Of a DNA stretch of 51,558 bases, positions 17,712 to 29,194 are shown piece by piece. The DNA comes from Candidatus Sericytochromatia bacterium (GTDB lineage Bacteria; Cyanobacteriota; Sericytochromatia; S15B-MN24; UBA4093), in contig JAKFCT010000060.1 of assembly GCA_036676495.1 (NCBI GenBank), positions 1-51,558 of the forward strand, in the 5' to 3' direction. The translations under genes and the position numbers were made by a program. Numbering within the stretch: position 1 is the stretch's first letter; every line of letters begins with the position of its first letter. A model generated the notes under the pieces. That model ran no database searches, had not been told where the DNA came from, and worked only from the letters and a program-made list of their open reading frames with translations.

Positions 17712-19068
17712 GCAAGAAGCCCCGGCCCCGATGACGGAGCATCCGCCCGTCGAGGCGGCAGTTCCCAGGCCGATCGCGATTCCGGCTCCCAGAGCTGTCG
17801 ATCCCTTCCATGAGATCAAGAGCAAGGCCCATCGCCTCCTGATCGAGACCATGCGCCAGCAAGGCCTGGAGGATGATGCGAGCCCCGAACAAGTTCGCGT
17901 GGCGATCCGGGAATCGCTCGAGCGGATCCTCGCCGAGAGCAATCGTATCGCCTCCCGGTTCGAGCGGGATCGCCTGGTCGACGAGATCTACAACGACATG
18001 CGGGGGCTCGGTCCTCTAGAGCCCCTGCTGGGCGACGAGGCCATCTCGGAGATCATGGTCAACAACACGCAGCAGGTCTACGTCGAGCGGGAAGGCAAGA
18101 TCGAGCTCAGCGCCGTAAGCTTCTACGACGAGCGCCACCTGATGCGGATCATCGATCGGATCGTCAGCCGGGTCGGACGCCGCATCGACGAGTCGAGCCC
18201 CATGTGTGACGCCCGCCTACCGGACGGCTCCCGCATCAACGCGATCATCCCCCCGCTGGCCATCGACGGCCCCGCCCTGACGATCCGCAAGTTCAAGAAG
18301 GAGCCGCTCAAGGTCCAAAACCTGATCGACTACCAATCCCTCTCCCGCCCGATGGTCGACTTCCTTCAAGCCTGCGTCGCCGCCAAGCTGAACGTGCTGA
18401 TCTCAGGCGGCACGGGCTCCGGTAAGACGACCCTCCTCAACATCATGTCGTCCTTCATCCCCGAGGAAGAGCGGTTGATCACCATCGAGGATGCGGCCGA
18501 GCTTCAGCTTCAGCAGGCTCACGTGATCCGCCTGGAGACCCGGCCTGCCAACATCGAAGGGGTGGGGGGCGTGGACCAGGCCGCGCTCCTCAAGAACTGC
18601 CTGCGCATGCGGCCCGACCGGATCATCCTTGGAGAGGTCCGAGGGGGCGAGGCCCTCGCCATGCTCCAGGCGATGAACACGGGGCACGAGGGTTCGCTCG
18701 CCACCATCCATGCCAACAGCGCCCGCGATGCCCTGGCACGGCTGGAAACGATGGTGCTGATGGCCGGAACGGACCTTCCCCTGCGCGCGATCCGCGAGCA
18801 GACGGCCTCGGCCATCGATCTGATCGTCCAGATCGAGCGTTCATCGGACGGGCGGCGGCGCCTTACCAGCATCACCGAGCTCGTCGGCATGGAGGGAGAC
18901 TGCATCCAGCTCCAGGAAATCTTCACCTTCCAGCGCCAAGGCCTGGATCCGGAGGGCATGGTGCAGGGTAGGCACCGGCCCACGGGCATCTGGCCGAAGT
19001 GCGGAGATCGGCTCACGGTGAAGGGAATCCCCCTCTCCCCCAGCCTTTTCCAGGGAGAGATCGCATGA
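17689..19068 (+). CDS. cpaF: Tad assembly ATPase CpaF/TadA
   Basis: [67 protein letters not shown]. Confidence 0.97.
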   Translation: MFLRNKLKQEAPAPMTEHPPVEAAVPRPIAIPAPRAVDPFHEIKSKAHRLLIETMRQQGLEDDASPEQVRVAIRESLERILAESNRIASRFERDRLVDEIYNDMRGLGPLEPLLGDEAISEIMVNNTQQVYVEREGKIELSAVSFYDERHLMRIIDRIVSRVGRRIDESSPMCDARLPDGSRINAIIPPLAIDGPALTIRKFKKEPLKVQNLIDYQSLSRPMVDFLQACVAAKLNVLISGGTGSGKTTLLNIMSSFIPEEERLITIEDAAELQLQQAHVIRLETRPANIEGVGGVDQAALLKNCLRMRPDRIILGEVRGGEALAMLQAMNTGHEGSLATIHANSARDALARLETMVLMAGTDLPLRAIREQTASAIDLIVQIERSSDGRRRLTSITELVGMEGDCIQLQEIFTFQRQGLDPEGMVQGRHRPTGIWPKCGDRLTVKGIPLSPSLFQGEIA

Positions 19069-19994
19069 TCGGCTTCATCCTCCTGACGGCCGGGATCGTG
19101 CTGGCGGTCCTGATGGCCACGGAGCGGCTTCCCACCTGGACCCCCGCCGTCGCGCGCGCCAGGGAACTCCAGGGCCCCGCGCCGCCAAAAAATGCCAGTC
19201 ACCTGCAAGGGCTCGCCGTGTGGCTCGATCCCTTGCTGCGAACCCTGGCCATCACCCGCAAGATCGACCGGAAACTCGCCCAGATCGGGCTCGCCTGGAC
19301 TCCGACCGAATTCTTGATCGGCAGCTGCCTGATCGCTCTCGGTTGCGGGGCGATCGGGGGGGCTCTCTTCACCTCGCTCCCGCTCGCCCTCGCCATGACC
19401 GCACTCGGGGCGGCCTTGCCCACCCTTTGGCTGCGTTGGAAATGCCAGAAACACGTCCGCCTCCTCAACGAGCAGCTTCCCGACGCGATCATGCTGATCA
19501 TCAACTCCCTCCGTGCCGGGAACGGTTTCCTGCAGACCCTGCAACTCGTCGCGCGCCAGCTCCCCCAGCCGATCGCCAGCGAGTTCGAGACCGCCGTGCG
19601 CGAGATCAACTGGGGGATGCCCATCGAGACCGCCCTGCTCGACCTTCAAGCACGCTTCAGCTCGGTGGACATGGAACTCGTGGTCTCGGCCGTGCTAATC
19701 CAGCGCGAGACGGGCGGCAACCTTGCGGAGATCCTCAGCAACATCCATGACGCCATCCGCGAGCGCGTGAGGATCCTGGGAGAGGTCCAGACCTTGACGG
19801 CCGAGGGCCGTCTCTCCGGCTGGATCATGGGCGCCTTGCCGATCGCGATCGCGCTCGTGTTCTTCGCCATCAATCCCGCATACATCAGCCTGCTCTTCAC
19901 CGATCCGCGGGGACGCCTGCTCGTGACCGCGGGCATCGCGATGGAACTCGTCGGGGCGCTGGCGATCCGCCGCATCGTCCAGATCCGCTACTAG
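19065..19994 (+). CDS. tadB: TadB (T2SSF-family) platform protein
   Basis: QLPDA...SLRAG, IQRETGGNLAEIL, LTAEGRLSG; ATGA overlap with cpaF. Confidence 0.93.
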   Translation: MIGFILLTAGIVLAVLMATERLPTWTPAVARARELQGPAPPKNASHLQGLAVWLDPLLRTLAITRKIDRKLAQIGLAWTPTEFLIGSCLIALGCGAIGGALFTSLPLALAMTALGAALPTLWLRWKCQKHVRLLNEQLPDAIMLIINSLRAGNGFLQTLQLVARQLPQPIASEFETAVREINWGMPIETALLDLQARFSSVDMELVVSAVLIQRETGGNLAEILSNIHDAIRERVRILGEVQTLTAEGRLSGWIMGALPIAIALVFFAINPAYISLLFTDPRGRLLVTAGIAMELVGALAIRRIVQIRY

Positions 19995-20073
19995 CCCATG
20001 CGCCGAGGGCCATGACCTCTAAGCCGCCAAGCGGGCGCAAGCCTTGCGCGAACGTACTCACGGAGGGAAGAAG

Positions 20074-20994
20074 ATGGGATTCTTGATCGGGTTGCTGGTC
20101 TTCGGCCTCTCCACGGCCGTGGCCATGGGGCTCATGCTCCTCATGCCCAAGGAGCGCGCCGTCCAGGATCGCATCCAGGCGCTCTCGAGCGAGGGCGGCT
20201 ACGTCAGTCGCGAAGCCCTGCTCGAGCGGTCCTTCGCCGAGCGGGTGGTCTACCCGGTCATGGAGCTGCTGGCAAAGGCGGGAGGACGCCTCACGCCGGC
20301 TCAGCAGCGAGAACTGACCCGGCTCAAGCTCCAGCAGGCGGGATTCCGCTCGCCTGCCGTCTTGAGGACCATGCTGGCCGTCAAGGGCTTCGGGCTGAGC
20401 AGCGGTCTCCTCCTCGGCTGGAGCCTGCTCGCCGTGAAGCCGCAGGCCGCCCTGGGCGTCGGAGCGACGGTCGTGATCCTGGGGATCCTGGGGCCTGAGA
20501 AGTGGCTGGAATCCAGAATTGCCAAGCGCAAGGAAGCCATCGTCCTGGCCTTGCCGGATGCCCTGGACCTCATCATCGCGGGCACCGAGGCCGGATTGAG
20601 CTTCGACGCGGCGGTGCAGCGCATCGTCGCCCGCTCTGGAGAGAGCGATCGGGAACTCAGAGACGAACTGAGCCTCTACCTCTCGGGCCTGCGACTGGGG
20701 CAGTCGCGGCAAGAAGCCCTCACGGACCTGGGCCTTCGCTGTGGGGTCGACGATCTCAAGGGACTCGTCGCCGCCCTCTTGCAGGCCGACCAACTCGGGA
20801 TCGGAGTCGGAAATGCCCTCAGGGCGCAGGGCCAGAGCCTTCGGACCCGCCGCAAGCAGCGGGCCCAGGAGGCCGCCGCGAAGGCTCCCGTCAAGATGCT
20901 ATTTCCCCTCGTCTTCTTCATCTTCCCCGCCCTCTTCGTGGTCATCCTGGGGCCCGCGGCCCTGCAGGTGTATGATGCGCTCATCAAGCCTTAG
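20074..20994 (+). CDS. tadC: TadC platform protein
   Basis: LPDALDL...EAGLSFDAA, RAQEAAAKAPVKMLFPLVFFIFPALFVVILGPA. Confidence 0.93.
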   Translation: MGFLIGLLVFGLSTAVAMGLMLLMPKERAVQDRIQALSSEGGYVSREALLERSFAERVVYPVMELLAKAGGRLTPAQQRELTRLKLQQAGFRSPAVLRTMLAVKGFGLSSGLLLGWSLLAVKPQAALGVGATVVILGILGPEKWLESRIAKRKEAIVLALPDALDLIIAGTEAGLSFDAAVQRIVARSGESDRELRDELSLYLSGLRLGQSRQEALTDLGLRCGVDDLKGLVAALLQADQLGIGVGNALRAQGQSLRTRRKQRAQEAAAKAPVKMLFPLVFFIFPALFVVILGPAALQVYDALIKP

Positions 20995-21143
20995 CGCCGA
21001 GCCTCGATTTCCCTCCGCCGGACGCGCCCCAAGGCACGCCTCTCGCTTTGATTCCGGAAAAGGACGTCCTAGAGTGGGAGCACGATACCGCGTGACGGCG
21101 GCAGCAGGCGAGGGTGCCGGCGACCATTGGAACGGAGGGGATC

Positions 21144-23803
<2,660 letters not shown>

Positions 23804-23807
<4 letters not shown>

Positions 23808-24052
23808 TGCTCGTCATCTTCAAGCATGACCTCGACCTCGCCGGTTTCCAGGACCTCGATCGGCTCTACGAGGAGGTCCGGGATCGCTACGGCGAAGACC
23901 TGGTGGGCCATATCCACCCCCACGAAGAGTACTTCCGCCCCCCGGAGACCTCCGAGGACATCGTGGCGGTGGTCGATGACCAGACTCCCGCCGAGGACAT
24001 CGAGTTCCTCAAGGAAATCGTCGCCCTGGGCGTCTTGTCGAACGAGGTCTAA
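23804..24052 (+). CDS. Small acidic hypothetical protein (82 aa) coupled to clp
   Basis: AAGGAGG RBS, ATGA overlap with the clp stop; MMLVIFKHDLDLAGF...LGVLSNEV. Confidence 0.75.
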
Positions 24053-24190
24053 TCTTCCTAGCGCCCGCGGCTGTTGCGAGGCGCCCGTGGCTGGAGGCCA
24101 GGAAAGCGAGCGTTAACCGAGAGCCGCATGGATAGAGGCTGAAAGTCAAAGCTCGCTGTCCTGCAGCAACGAAGATCGCTCTCGGGAAGA

Positions 24191-27100
24191 TTAACTGGAA
24201 AGGGTGAAGTGCCAGACGATGTTGAGCTCGGGGTCGATCTCGAGCAGATGGTTGTTCCCGGCGTGGAAGACCATCGTATTGCCGCTGGGCAGGCGCCACG
24301 CCGCCACCGGGGTGTTGAACTGCATGCCGAAACGCCCCTTGCGCCCCAGGTACATGGGATCGCCGCCGTACTGCCAGACGATCTCACGATCCGAATTGAC
24401 TTCGATCACCCGGTGGTTCTGGGTATCCGCGATGAGCGTATGGCCGTTCGCCAGGCGCCAGGCGAACTCCGGGTGGAAGAGCTGATTGCTCCCCTTGCCG
24501 GGGAAGCCGGCTTGACCGTAACTCCAGAGGACCTTGCCGCGCTCGTCGCTCTCCACCACCTGGTGCGCGCCCCAGTCGACGACCAGGAAGCTTCCCTTGG
24601 GTAGCTTCGCGGCATAGGCGGGCCCCTTGTAGCCGTTGAGGCAGGCCACGATGTCCTGGGTATTGGAAACCTCCAGCACCCGGCCGTTTCCGAAGTCCGC
24701 GACGACGACCGTCTGATGGGGCGTCCGCTCCGCGCTGCGCGGCTGGTTCAAGTGCTTGGCATCTCCCGCGGCCGTGCCCCGCTTGCCGAACTGCCAGACG
24801 ATGGCCTGATCCCGGACCTCGATGACGCGGTGGTTTCCGGTGTCCGCGATGAGCGTGTTGCCGTTGGGGAGGCGCGTGGCGGTATGCGGGGCCACGATTC
24901 GCTGCTTGTCGCCGCTCACCATGCCCGTGAACTGCCATGTCTGCTGCATCTTGCGGTCGATCTCGAGGACCCGCCCCCCGCTGCGATCGCAGATCAGGAA
25001 GGAGTCGGGGAAGTTCGCGGGCAGCTCCAGGGCCTCGGAGGCCGCCGCCTCGGGCTCGGGAGCATGAGTGCCGGCAGCATGGGCGCCGGCGGCAGCTTCG
25101 GGGATGCGGGTGGTCAACTCGCGGGTGGCCGGGGCCGCCACCGGCAGCGGTGCCGTGCCGGGCCCCGCCAGGTGATGCTCCCAGACGACCTTGAGCTCGG
25201 GGTCCACTTCGGCCACCCCGTAGCGTCCGAGCACCACCGTGCCCGTGTCCACCCGGAAGGCCGCCATGGGATCCTTGACGCCCTGGCCTCCCTTCACGGC
25301 CCCGGAGCGGTAATGCCAGACGATCTGCTTCATGTCGTCCAGCTCGAGGACCCGCTGATTGCCGGTGTCGGTGACGAGCACCTTGCCATCGGCGAGGCGG
25401 TAGGCGTAACTCGGCTCGGCGAGCTGGCCGGTGCCCGATCCCGCGCCGCCACCGAGACGGTTGGCCGCGTTTCCGTACTGCCAGATCACCTTGCCCTCGG
25501 GAGAGACCTCGACGAGGCGATGATTTCCGGAGTCCGTGATGAGCGTGTTTCCACTTGCCGATCGCACGGCCGCACTCGGCTTGAAGAGACCCTGGCCCGC
25601 GCAGCCGGCTCGGCCCGGCTCTCCGTATTGCCAGACGACCTCGCCCTCCGGGCTGACTTCGAGGATGCGGTGGTTGCCGGTATCCGCGATGAGCGTATTG
25701 CCGCTGGATAGGCGGCTCGCCCAGCGGGGAGCCCGGAGGAACTTGGCGCGATCGCCGGGATCGCCGCCGAAGCTCCAGCTCACCTTCTGGGTGAGCGGAT
25801 CGATTTCGATGACCTTGCCGGCCCCCACGTCGGTCGCCAGGATCCGGCCATTGGGGAGGTAGGTCGCGCCCCCGGCGTTCACTCCCTTGAAAGCGACCGC
25901 GTCACGGTCCTTGGAGATCTCGGTGAGCTGGCGCTTGAGGTTCTCGGGCAGGAGCACCTTGCCGCCCCGCACGCCGACATCGACGGCATGCGGCAATTCC
26001 CGCGCCAGCCGGGGACCGGTGGGCAGTGGGGCCGCCGGCGCCTCCGGGGTGGGAGGCGCTTCGGAGGCCGCAGGACGCGGAGCCCCCGCGGGCCGCGGCA
26101 ACGGGGCGGGAGGACCGGCGGGCCGGGGAGCCCCGGGAGCGGGAGTCCCGGGGGCGGAACCGCCCGGAGCCGGAGGAGGAGGCATTGGAGCGCCCGCAGC
26201 GCCGGGGGCCGGCGGCGGCGGGGGGGGAGCGCCGGGCGGCAGGGGCCCGCGCGCGGCACCCGGTCGGGGACCTGGCGGAGCACCAGGTGCGGGGGGAGCC
26301 CCCGGTGCGGGAGGAGCCCCGGGTGTGGGGGTCGGGCCTGCGGCTGTGGCTCCCGAGCCGGTGGCTCCGGGCCCCCGGGTGACGGGGGTCAGGTTCCGCA
26401 TCGTCTGGTAGGACTCCATCAGCTGGGGGTAGCGCTCGTCCATGAAGCGCTCCAGGTCCTCGACGGTGATCGGGATGAAGCGGGTCTCAAGGCCACCGGC
26501 CAGCTGCTGGGCGATCTGCTGGGACGCGGCGTCGCGCGGGTTGACCATGGCGATGTTGAGGTGCTGACCGTCCCGGTAGAGCGGCACCATGCCCATCGTC
26601 CGGATCAGCCGCTCGGGCAGCTGGGCCAGGATGGTCGGGTCGATCGCGGGATCCATGAGCGGCCCGGTGACCTCCTCGGTCTCCATGAGGCGCTGAACCT
26701 CTCCGGGGGCCAGCAAGCCCATTCGGATGAGCATGGTCTCGAGATCGGGGCGCGGCGGCAGCCACTCGGCGGGCGGGGGGAAGGCCAGGCCCAGGGGGAG
26801 GCTGGGAAGGGGGATCTCGGAGGAGATCTGGCGCTTGGCCAGATCGACGACCAGCAGGGTCGGACCGCCGCCGGCGCGGGAGGTGAGCAGGTAGGCGAGC
26901 TGTCCGTCGGGAGTGACGGCAATTTGCTCCAGCGGGGCCTCGGGGAGGCGTTTGCCGGGAAGGTTCATGAGGTGCCGGACCCGCAGGTCCGCCGTCGAGA
27001 CCGTGAGCAGGCCCAGCTCGTCGTTGGCCTTGTAGAAGACGATGAGCAGGTGGGAGCCGTCCGCGGTGGCGGCGATCGCCCCCAGCGGCCCCGTCGGGAA

Positions 27101-27820
27101 GGGCTGGTGCCGCACCTTGAGGCCGACCACGTCGAGCACGGTGAGGCGCGGCGTGAGACCGTCGGTGAGGTAGGCGGTGCGCGGAGCCATGGCCATGCCG
27201 ATGGCCCGGGGGCTGCCGGCGGCACGGAGGGCGATCGCCCCCGCCTGCTGGCGGGTGTTCGCCACGATCACGTGGACGGTGCCGGCTCCGCGGTTGGCGA
27301 CGAGCAGGAACTCTCCGCCCGGGGAGACGACCATGTCGAGCGGATGGCTCTTGGCGGCCGTGGGAGCCATTCGCGGAGAGGGGAGGTAGCTCAGGCGCGG
27401 GCTCTCCTCGCGCCGAGGCGCTTCTCCGGTGAAGAGGAAGCCCCCGCGCGGGGTGGGGATCAGGCCGATCGATTGATCCGGGCTGAGGGAGACGGCGCCC
27501 ACCAGGCCGGGCTTGGCCGGATCGAGGATGAGCACGCTCCCGGAGCTCCAGAGGGGCCACTGGGAGAAGTCGAGGGGGGGCGCCCCCTCGGCGAGCGGGA
27601 TACGATCCTCGAGGCTGCCGCTGAAGGGCTCCATGCTGACCAGGCCGGAGGCGAGCGGATCGGGCGCGAAGGCGTGCCGCGCCGGGAGGCCGGACGCCTC
27701 GGCATCGGTCTGGATGCGTTCGCGCGCCTGCTGGATCTGTTCGCGGGTCAACCGTCCGGTCCCGACGAGAAGCTCGGTCAGAAGCTCTTCGTTGAAGGAC
27801 TCGTTGTGGGGATCGGGCAT
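24191..27820 (-). CDS. Multidomain protein: YncE-like propeller, T2SSE_N/MshEN-like domain, Pro-rich linker, two NHL-repeat blocks
   Basis: PLDMVVSPGG..LLVANRGAGTVHVI; LPERLIRTMGMVPL...IAMVNP; repeated GNTLIADTGNHR..EV...G.VVWQYG; start may instead be at 27898. Confidence 0.85.
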   Translation of the reverse strand: MPDPHNESFNEELLTELLVGTGRLTREQIQQARERIQTDAEASGLPARHAFAPDPLASGLVSMEPFSGSLEDRIPLAEGAPPLDFSQWPLWSSGSVLILDPAKPGLVGAVSLSPDQSIGLIPTPRGGFLFTGEAPRREESPRLSYLPSPRMAPTAAKSHPLDMVVSPGGEFLLVANRGAGTVHVIVANTRQQAGAIALRAAGSPRAIGMAMAPRTAYLTDGLTPRLTVLDVVGLKVRHQPFPTGPLGAIAATADGSHLLIVFYKANDELGLLTVSTADLRVRHLMNLPGKRLPEAPLEQIAVTPDGQLAYLLTSRAGGGPTLLVVDLAKRQISSEIPLPSLPLGLAFPPPAEWLPPRPDLETMLIRMGLLAPGEVQRLMETEEVTGPLMDPAIDPTILAQLPERLIRTMGMVPLYRDGQHLNIAMVNPRDAASQQIAQQLAGGLETRFIPITVEDLERFMDERYPQLMESYQTMRNLTPVTRGPGATGSGATAAGPTPTPGAPPAPGAPPAPGAPPGPRPGAARGPLPPGAPPPPPPAPGAAGAPMPPPPAPGGSAPGTPAPGAPRPAGPPAPLPRPAGAPRPAASEAPPTPEAPAAPLPTGPRLARELPHAVDVGVRGGKVLLPENLKRQLTEISKDRDAVAFKGVNAGGATYLPNGRILATDVGAGKVIEIDPLTQKVSWSFGGDPGDRAKFLRAPRWASRLSSGNTLIADTGNHRILEVSPEGEVVWQYGEPGRAGCAGQGLFKPSAAVRSASGNTLITDSGNHRLVEVSPEGKVIWQYGNAANRLGGGAGSGTGQLAEPSYAYRLADGKVLVTDTGNQRVLELDDMKQIVWHYRSGAVKGGQGVKDPMAAFRVDTGTVVLGRYGVAEVDPELKVVWEHHLAGPGTAPLPVAAPATRELTTRIPEAAAGAHAAGTHAPEPEAAASEALELPANFPDSFLICDRSGGRVLEIDRKMQQTWQFTGMVSGDKQRIVAPHTATRLPNGNTLIADTGNHRVIEVRDQAIVWQFGKRGTAAGDAKHLNQPRSAERTPHQTVVVADFGNGRVLEVSNTQDIVACLNGYKGPAYAAKLPKGSFLVVDWGAHQVVESDERGKVLWSYGQAGFPGKGSNQLFHPEFAWRLANGHTLIADTQNHRVIEVNSDREIVWQYGGDPMYLGRKGRFGMQFNTPVAAWRLPSGNTMVFHAGNNHLLEIDPELNIVWHFTLSS

Positions 27821-27924
27821 GAGGGGCTCTTTCCGAAAGGGTTGACCGTCGAGCGAGATTTCCGCTATCCTGGCGACGTCAGGCTTTTCCAAGACCATTC
27901 TAACAAAGGACAGGAGACCTGGAA

Positions 27925-28101
27925 ATGGCGATGTGTCCGCTCATTAGCTACGCGAACCAAAAGGCCGAGTGCGTTCACGCTCAATGCGCGCTCTACAATG
28001 CCAAGGAAGAGCAGTGCGGGCTGCTGTCGCCCAGCAACCGCATCGAAGAAGGCTTCGATCGGTTGGTGGCGGCGATCAACGACATCCGCGTCCGACTCTA
28101 G
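27925..28101 (+). CDS. Small Cys4 protein (58 aa), absent from the ORF track
   Basis: CAGGAG RBS; MAMCPLISYANQKAECVHAQCALYNAKEEQCGLLSPSNRIEEGFDRLVAAINDIRVRL*; followed by a terminator hairpin. Confidence 0.75.
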   Translation: MAMCPLISYANQKAECVHAQCALYNAKEEQCGLLSPSNRIEEGFDRLVAAINDIRVRL

Positions 28102-28117
28102 TCCTTTCAGACAGCAA

Positions 28118-28143
28118 GAAGGCCCCGCCGCGGCGGGGCCTTC
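28118..28143. terminator. Bidirectional terminator hairpin
   Basis: GAAGGCCCCGCC/GGCGGGGCCTTC inverted repeat between convergent ORFs, T-rich flank. Confidence 0.8.
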
Positions 28144-28150
28144 TCTTTGC

Positions 28151-28432
28151 TTACAGCGTCGTCGGGTCTCCGTCTTGCTTCTTTGATTTGCGCCGGCGGT
28201 TGCGCATCAGGACCTCAAAGGGGTTTGTCGGGGGTTCCCCCTTGAAGCGAAGCCGATCCGAGCCGAGTGGGGCGGACGCCGGGGTCTGCGGGGTCTGGGG
28301 GGCAGCAGCCGATTGGCCGGCGCCGGCCCCGCCTCCAGCGCTTCCAAAGCGGGGATCCCGGCGGTTGATCTCCTGGAACAACCGCTGGTCCGCTGGATCC
28401 GGAAGCGAATTGGAAACCCCGTTGACCGACAT
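28151..28432 (-). CDS. Hypothetical low-complexity protein (93 aa)
   Basis: MSVNGVSNS...; 6 nt after the upstream gene; ends at the terminator. Confidence 0.65.
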   Translation of the reverse strand: MSVNGVSNSLPDPADQRLFQEINRRDPRFGSAGGGAGAGQSAAAPQTPQTPASAPLGSDRLRFKGEPPTNPFEVLMRNRRRKSKKQDGDPTTL

Positions 28433-28438
28433 GGCCGG

Positions 28439-28861
28439 TTACGCTCCGCGACGCATCTCGGAGACGGCGTTGGCGAGGTTGGCGAGTTCGACCTTCTGGG
28501 CGGGCGAGAGGGCAGCGCCCGAACGCTCGGCGACCAAGAGAACGAACTGCTCGGGCTTGCCGCCCGCTTCCTTCCAGAGGCCCTCGATCTCCGCGGGGGC
28601 AAGCTTCTTGACGGGCTTGGCCGCCGGGCGAACGCCCAGGTCGCCCATCAGACGATCCATGCCGGGCTCGACGCCGGCGCCGGCGGCAAGGCGGTTGGTG
28701 CCGCTGCCGATGAGGTTCACGTCACCCTGAGCGGCAGCCCGAGCCACCGGCTCCGCTCCCGTCCCGGCTTGAGCAGGCTGAACCGCCTCCCGGGCATTGG
28801 AGAGCATACGCTTGAAGATGTCCCCGATCCCACCGCCGTTAGGATTAATCGTGCCGCTCAT
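28439..28861 (-). CDS. Hypothetical protein (140 aa)
   Basis: AAGGGAG RBS before ATG 28861 (MSGTINPNGGG...). Confidence 0.7.
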   Translation of the reverse strand: MSGTINPNGGGIGDIFKRMLSNAREAVQPAQAGTGAEPVARAAAQGDVNLIGSGTNRLAAGAGVEPGMDRLMGDLGVRPAAKPVKKLAPAEIEGLWKEAGGKPEQFVLLVAERSGAALSPAQKVELANLANAVSEMRRGA

Positions 28862-28944
28862 GTGGATAGTCTCCCTTAATTCATCTTGCGCTTCAGTGGA
28901 TGACGACCGGTCACCCGGTGGGGAATCCTCCCCCGACACCCTCC

Positions 28945-28971
28945 TTATCGCCACTAGAAGTTTAACCTTGC
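28945..28971 (-). promoter_or_regulatory. Putative alternative-sigma promoter GCAAG-N14-GGCGATAA
   Basis: Resembles sigma-28 TAAAG-N14-GCCGATAA; about 85 nt upstream of ATG 28861. Confidence 0.55.
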
Positions 28972-29173
28972 TAGTTTAAAGTCCGTTTAAACGATAACTT
29001 TACAATCTTTTAAAATTCATCGGCGAAACCCGCGCCCGATCCGGCTCTCCCCCTCCGGATGCTCCGGGCGGGGTTAACCCGCAGGCGGCATTTGGTTAAC
29101 CCAGCCTTAATCTGACCCGGGCGAAAGCCGGGCCTCCTCCCCCGGGGGGCCTCCGGCCTTAACACCTGCTTAA
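28961..29173. promoter_or_regulatory. Cluster of TTAA-N7-TTAA boxes
   Basis: Exact boxes at 28976-28990, 29096-29110 and 29159-29173; GGTTAACCC twice (29072, 29094). Confidence 0.55.
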
Positions 29174-29194
29174 GGAAACGCGCAGAAACGGCGC

